Shown piece by piece: positions 62,483-64,000 of a DNA stretch of 64,000 bases. Under the pieces are notes generated by a model. It saw nothing but the letters and a program-made list of their open reading frames with translations, searched no databases and was not told where the DNA came from. A program made the translations under genes and the position numbers. The DNA lies in the IMG/VR virus record IMGVR_UViG_3300042868_005134, positions 319,412-383,411 of that record; one strand, 5' to 3'. Each line of letters begins with the position of its first letter. The first letter of the stretch is position 1.

Positions 62483-63271
62483 TTAGTTTTTCTGCGTTAT
62501 ATTGAACATGCCACTGTTAGACACACTCTTGATATTGATTACATTGTCAATAGTACCAGTTTGACTCATAGTAAAAGTATTGCTGTTACCTGTAAGGTCT
62601 ACCCAGATACTAGATCCGGCAGCGCCTGTCGATCGTTGGTTGATGTCAAACGTATTAGTATCACCTACTACTTTGATAGTTTGGCTGTGCTTGTCACCGA
62701 TTGCGTCAATACGGAAAAGATTGCTGTTACCAGTTACATCAACTGCACTTTTTAGATCAGAACCTGTACCACGAAACTGTAGGTCGTTGTTGTCGCCAGT
62801 GAATTTCCAATTTAGGTCAGCAGCATTACAACCTGTTAGTGCTGTACCACCTGTGGATGCTGTGCCATATCCGCAGGCTGCGTCGACCTTGTTGCCGTCG
62901 CCAATTTGTTGGATAGTGATATTAACACCTTTACCTGAGCCTGTTGTATCATTAACTGCTTCTAGACTGATGTCATTGTTCACACCGATCTGACGAGTAA
63001 CGATTGTTTGGTCGATACCGCGTAGGTATACAGGACGGCCGCCACTTCCGGCAGCATTACCAGTACCATCTTGTGTCATGTTGACATTAGGATTGTCACC
63101 GCTTTGATCGATGAAGATTCTGTTAGTTGTAGCAATGGCTAATGCGGCCACTGCGTTAGGGCTAACTGTGACCATGTTTGGAATCACGGGCGCACTAGGA
63201 GCCGTTACAGCAGTTTGTGCAAAAGATGGTAGTGCTGCTGCCAATACAATTGCTAATAATGTTTTTTTCAT
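62483..63271 (-). CDS. Curlin-repeat (CsgA/CsgB-like) protein
   Basis: Signal peptide; repeats DQSGDNPN, QIGVNND, QIGDGNK and MSQTG. Confidence 0.7.
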   Translation of the reverse strand: MKKTLLAIVLAAALPSFAQTAVTAPSAPVIPNMVTVSPNAVAALAIATTNRIFIDQSGDNPNVNMTQDGTGNAAGSGGRPVYLRGIDQTIVTRQIGVNNDISLEAVNDTTGSGKGVNITIQQIGDGNKVDAACGYGTASTGGTALTGCNAADLNWKFTGDNNDLQFRGTGSDLKSAVDVTGNSNLFRIDAIGDKHSQTIKVVGDTNTFDINQRSTGAAGSSIWVDLTGNSNTFTMSQTGTIDNVINIKSVSNSGMFNITQKN

Positions 63272-63307
63272 TTTTATTTTCTCCCGGTTTCTTTAACCGA
63301 TTTTACT

Positions 63308-64000
63308 TTATTTTTTATTTGCTCCATCATCTTTTCCGCTATTGGACTGTGATGGTGTGGGTGCGGCCTTGGTTGTGTCTTTGGCCGCGGCTTGTGGTTG
63401 AACCAACTCATTAGATTTCTCCTTGAATTTCCACAAGCCGCTGCGTTCGCCCTTGTTAATCAACTCGATAACTGCTGTTTCAATAGCTGAACGAAGAGCG
63501 TAGTTACCCGGTTCGTTGAATGTCTGGCTTGAGTCAAACTCAAACGCTTGTGTAGCCTGGTTGAAAAATTTCAACGCAGTGGCGCCATCGGCGGTACTGA
63601 GCAGGTTCTTTTCCACGGTAACCGTGGTCAACACTTCTCCAGTCTGTACACTTACTAGTCGTAAGCTAATAACTACTACATCTTGTGTATAAGCAGTCTG
63701 TGCTCCGATCCCAAATATCCTAGCACCTGTGCCGCCTGTTAGGGTATTTGAATTATAGTCAATAATGCCGCCTTCTAAAATAACACCTGCCATCTGTAGT
63801 GGAGGTAGCATTTTGGCATTGGCACCGTCATAGATCTCACGAGTCTGTTTGATCATCTGGCGCTCTTTCAACAAGTTGTCTAGGCCAACACGTTCAACTA
63901 CAGTAAACCATTGACGATTGCCAACTTCTTGTAGACTCTTCATTAGGTATGCTTCGGCACCTTGTGTAACTGCGGTACTGAACAAACTCAATGTCGAACT
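63308..64000 (-). CDS. csgG: Curli secretion channel CsgG, 5' end outside the window
   Basis: FSTAVTQGA, WFTVVERVGLDNLLKERQMI, ILEGGIIDY, LRLVSVQTGEVL and NEP...G.W. Confidence 0.9.
   Translation of the reverse strand, partial: SSTLSLFSTAVTQGAEAYLMKSLQEVGNRQWFTVVERVGLDNLLKERQMIKQTREIYDGANAKMLPPLQMAGVILEGGIIDYNSNTLTGGTGARIFGIGAQTAYTQDVVVISLRLVSVQTGEVLTTVTVEKNLLSTADGATALKFFNQATQAFEFDSSQTFNEPGNYALRSAIETAVIELINKGERSGLWKFKEKSNELVQPQAAAKDTTKAAPTPSQSNSGKDDGANKK

Overview
This is a 64-kb segment of a large (jumbo, T4-like) dsDNA phage using the standard genetic code, with almost all genes on the minus strand. The tmRNA tag ending NDERFELAA hints at a betaproteobacterial host. Left to right it contains: (i) the 5' part of a very large virion structural gene; (ii) host-like auxiliary genes (erpA, uvsE, queD, BI-1/YccA, ATP-dependent DNA ligase, clpP, SPFH, infA); (iii) a first cluster of modification enzymes; (iv) phosphatase/kinase genes, an AAA ATPase and a TROVE/Ro60-like vWA gene; (v) a ~9-kb RNA region with about 42 tRNA genes covering all 20 amino acids, several atypical tRNA-like RNAs, rpoZ and many structured spacers; (vi) a second modification and transport cluster (radical SAM, tandem ferritin-like, TctC/TctA, APS kinase-like); (vii) a permuted two-piece tmRNA; and (viii) a curli-like csgG/curlin/FecR/CHASE2-cyclase module. 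There are two standout candidates for an undescribed system. The first is a 48-codon leader ORF using all 20 amino acids and 40 different codons, wired into a terminator/antiterminator switch at the head of the tRNA array, which would act as a pan-tRNA-sensing attenuator. The second is a family of nine RNAs sharing an AGGAT-N4-ACAGCAA...ATCCTG stem, linked to the Ro60-like gene. Some carry exact Lys(UUU) or Tyr(GUA) anticodon stem-loops, one carries a complete circularly permuted tRNA, and one copy is grafted into a CCA-ending tRNA. Together these suggest a phage module that senses and counters tRNA damage. All assignments come from reading motifs by eye; no searches were run.
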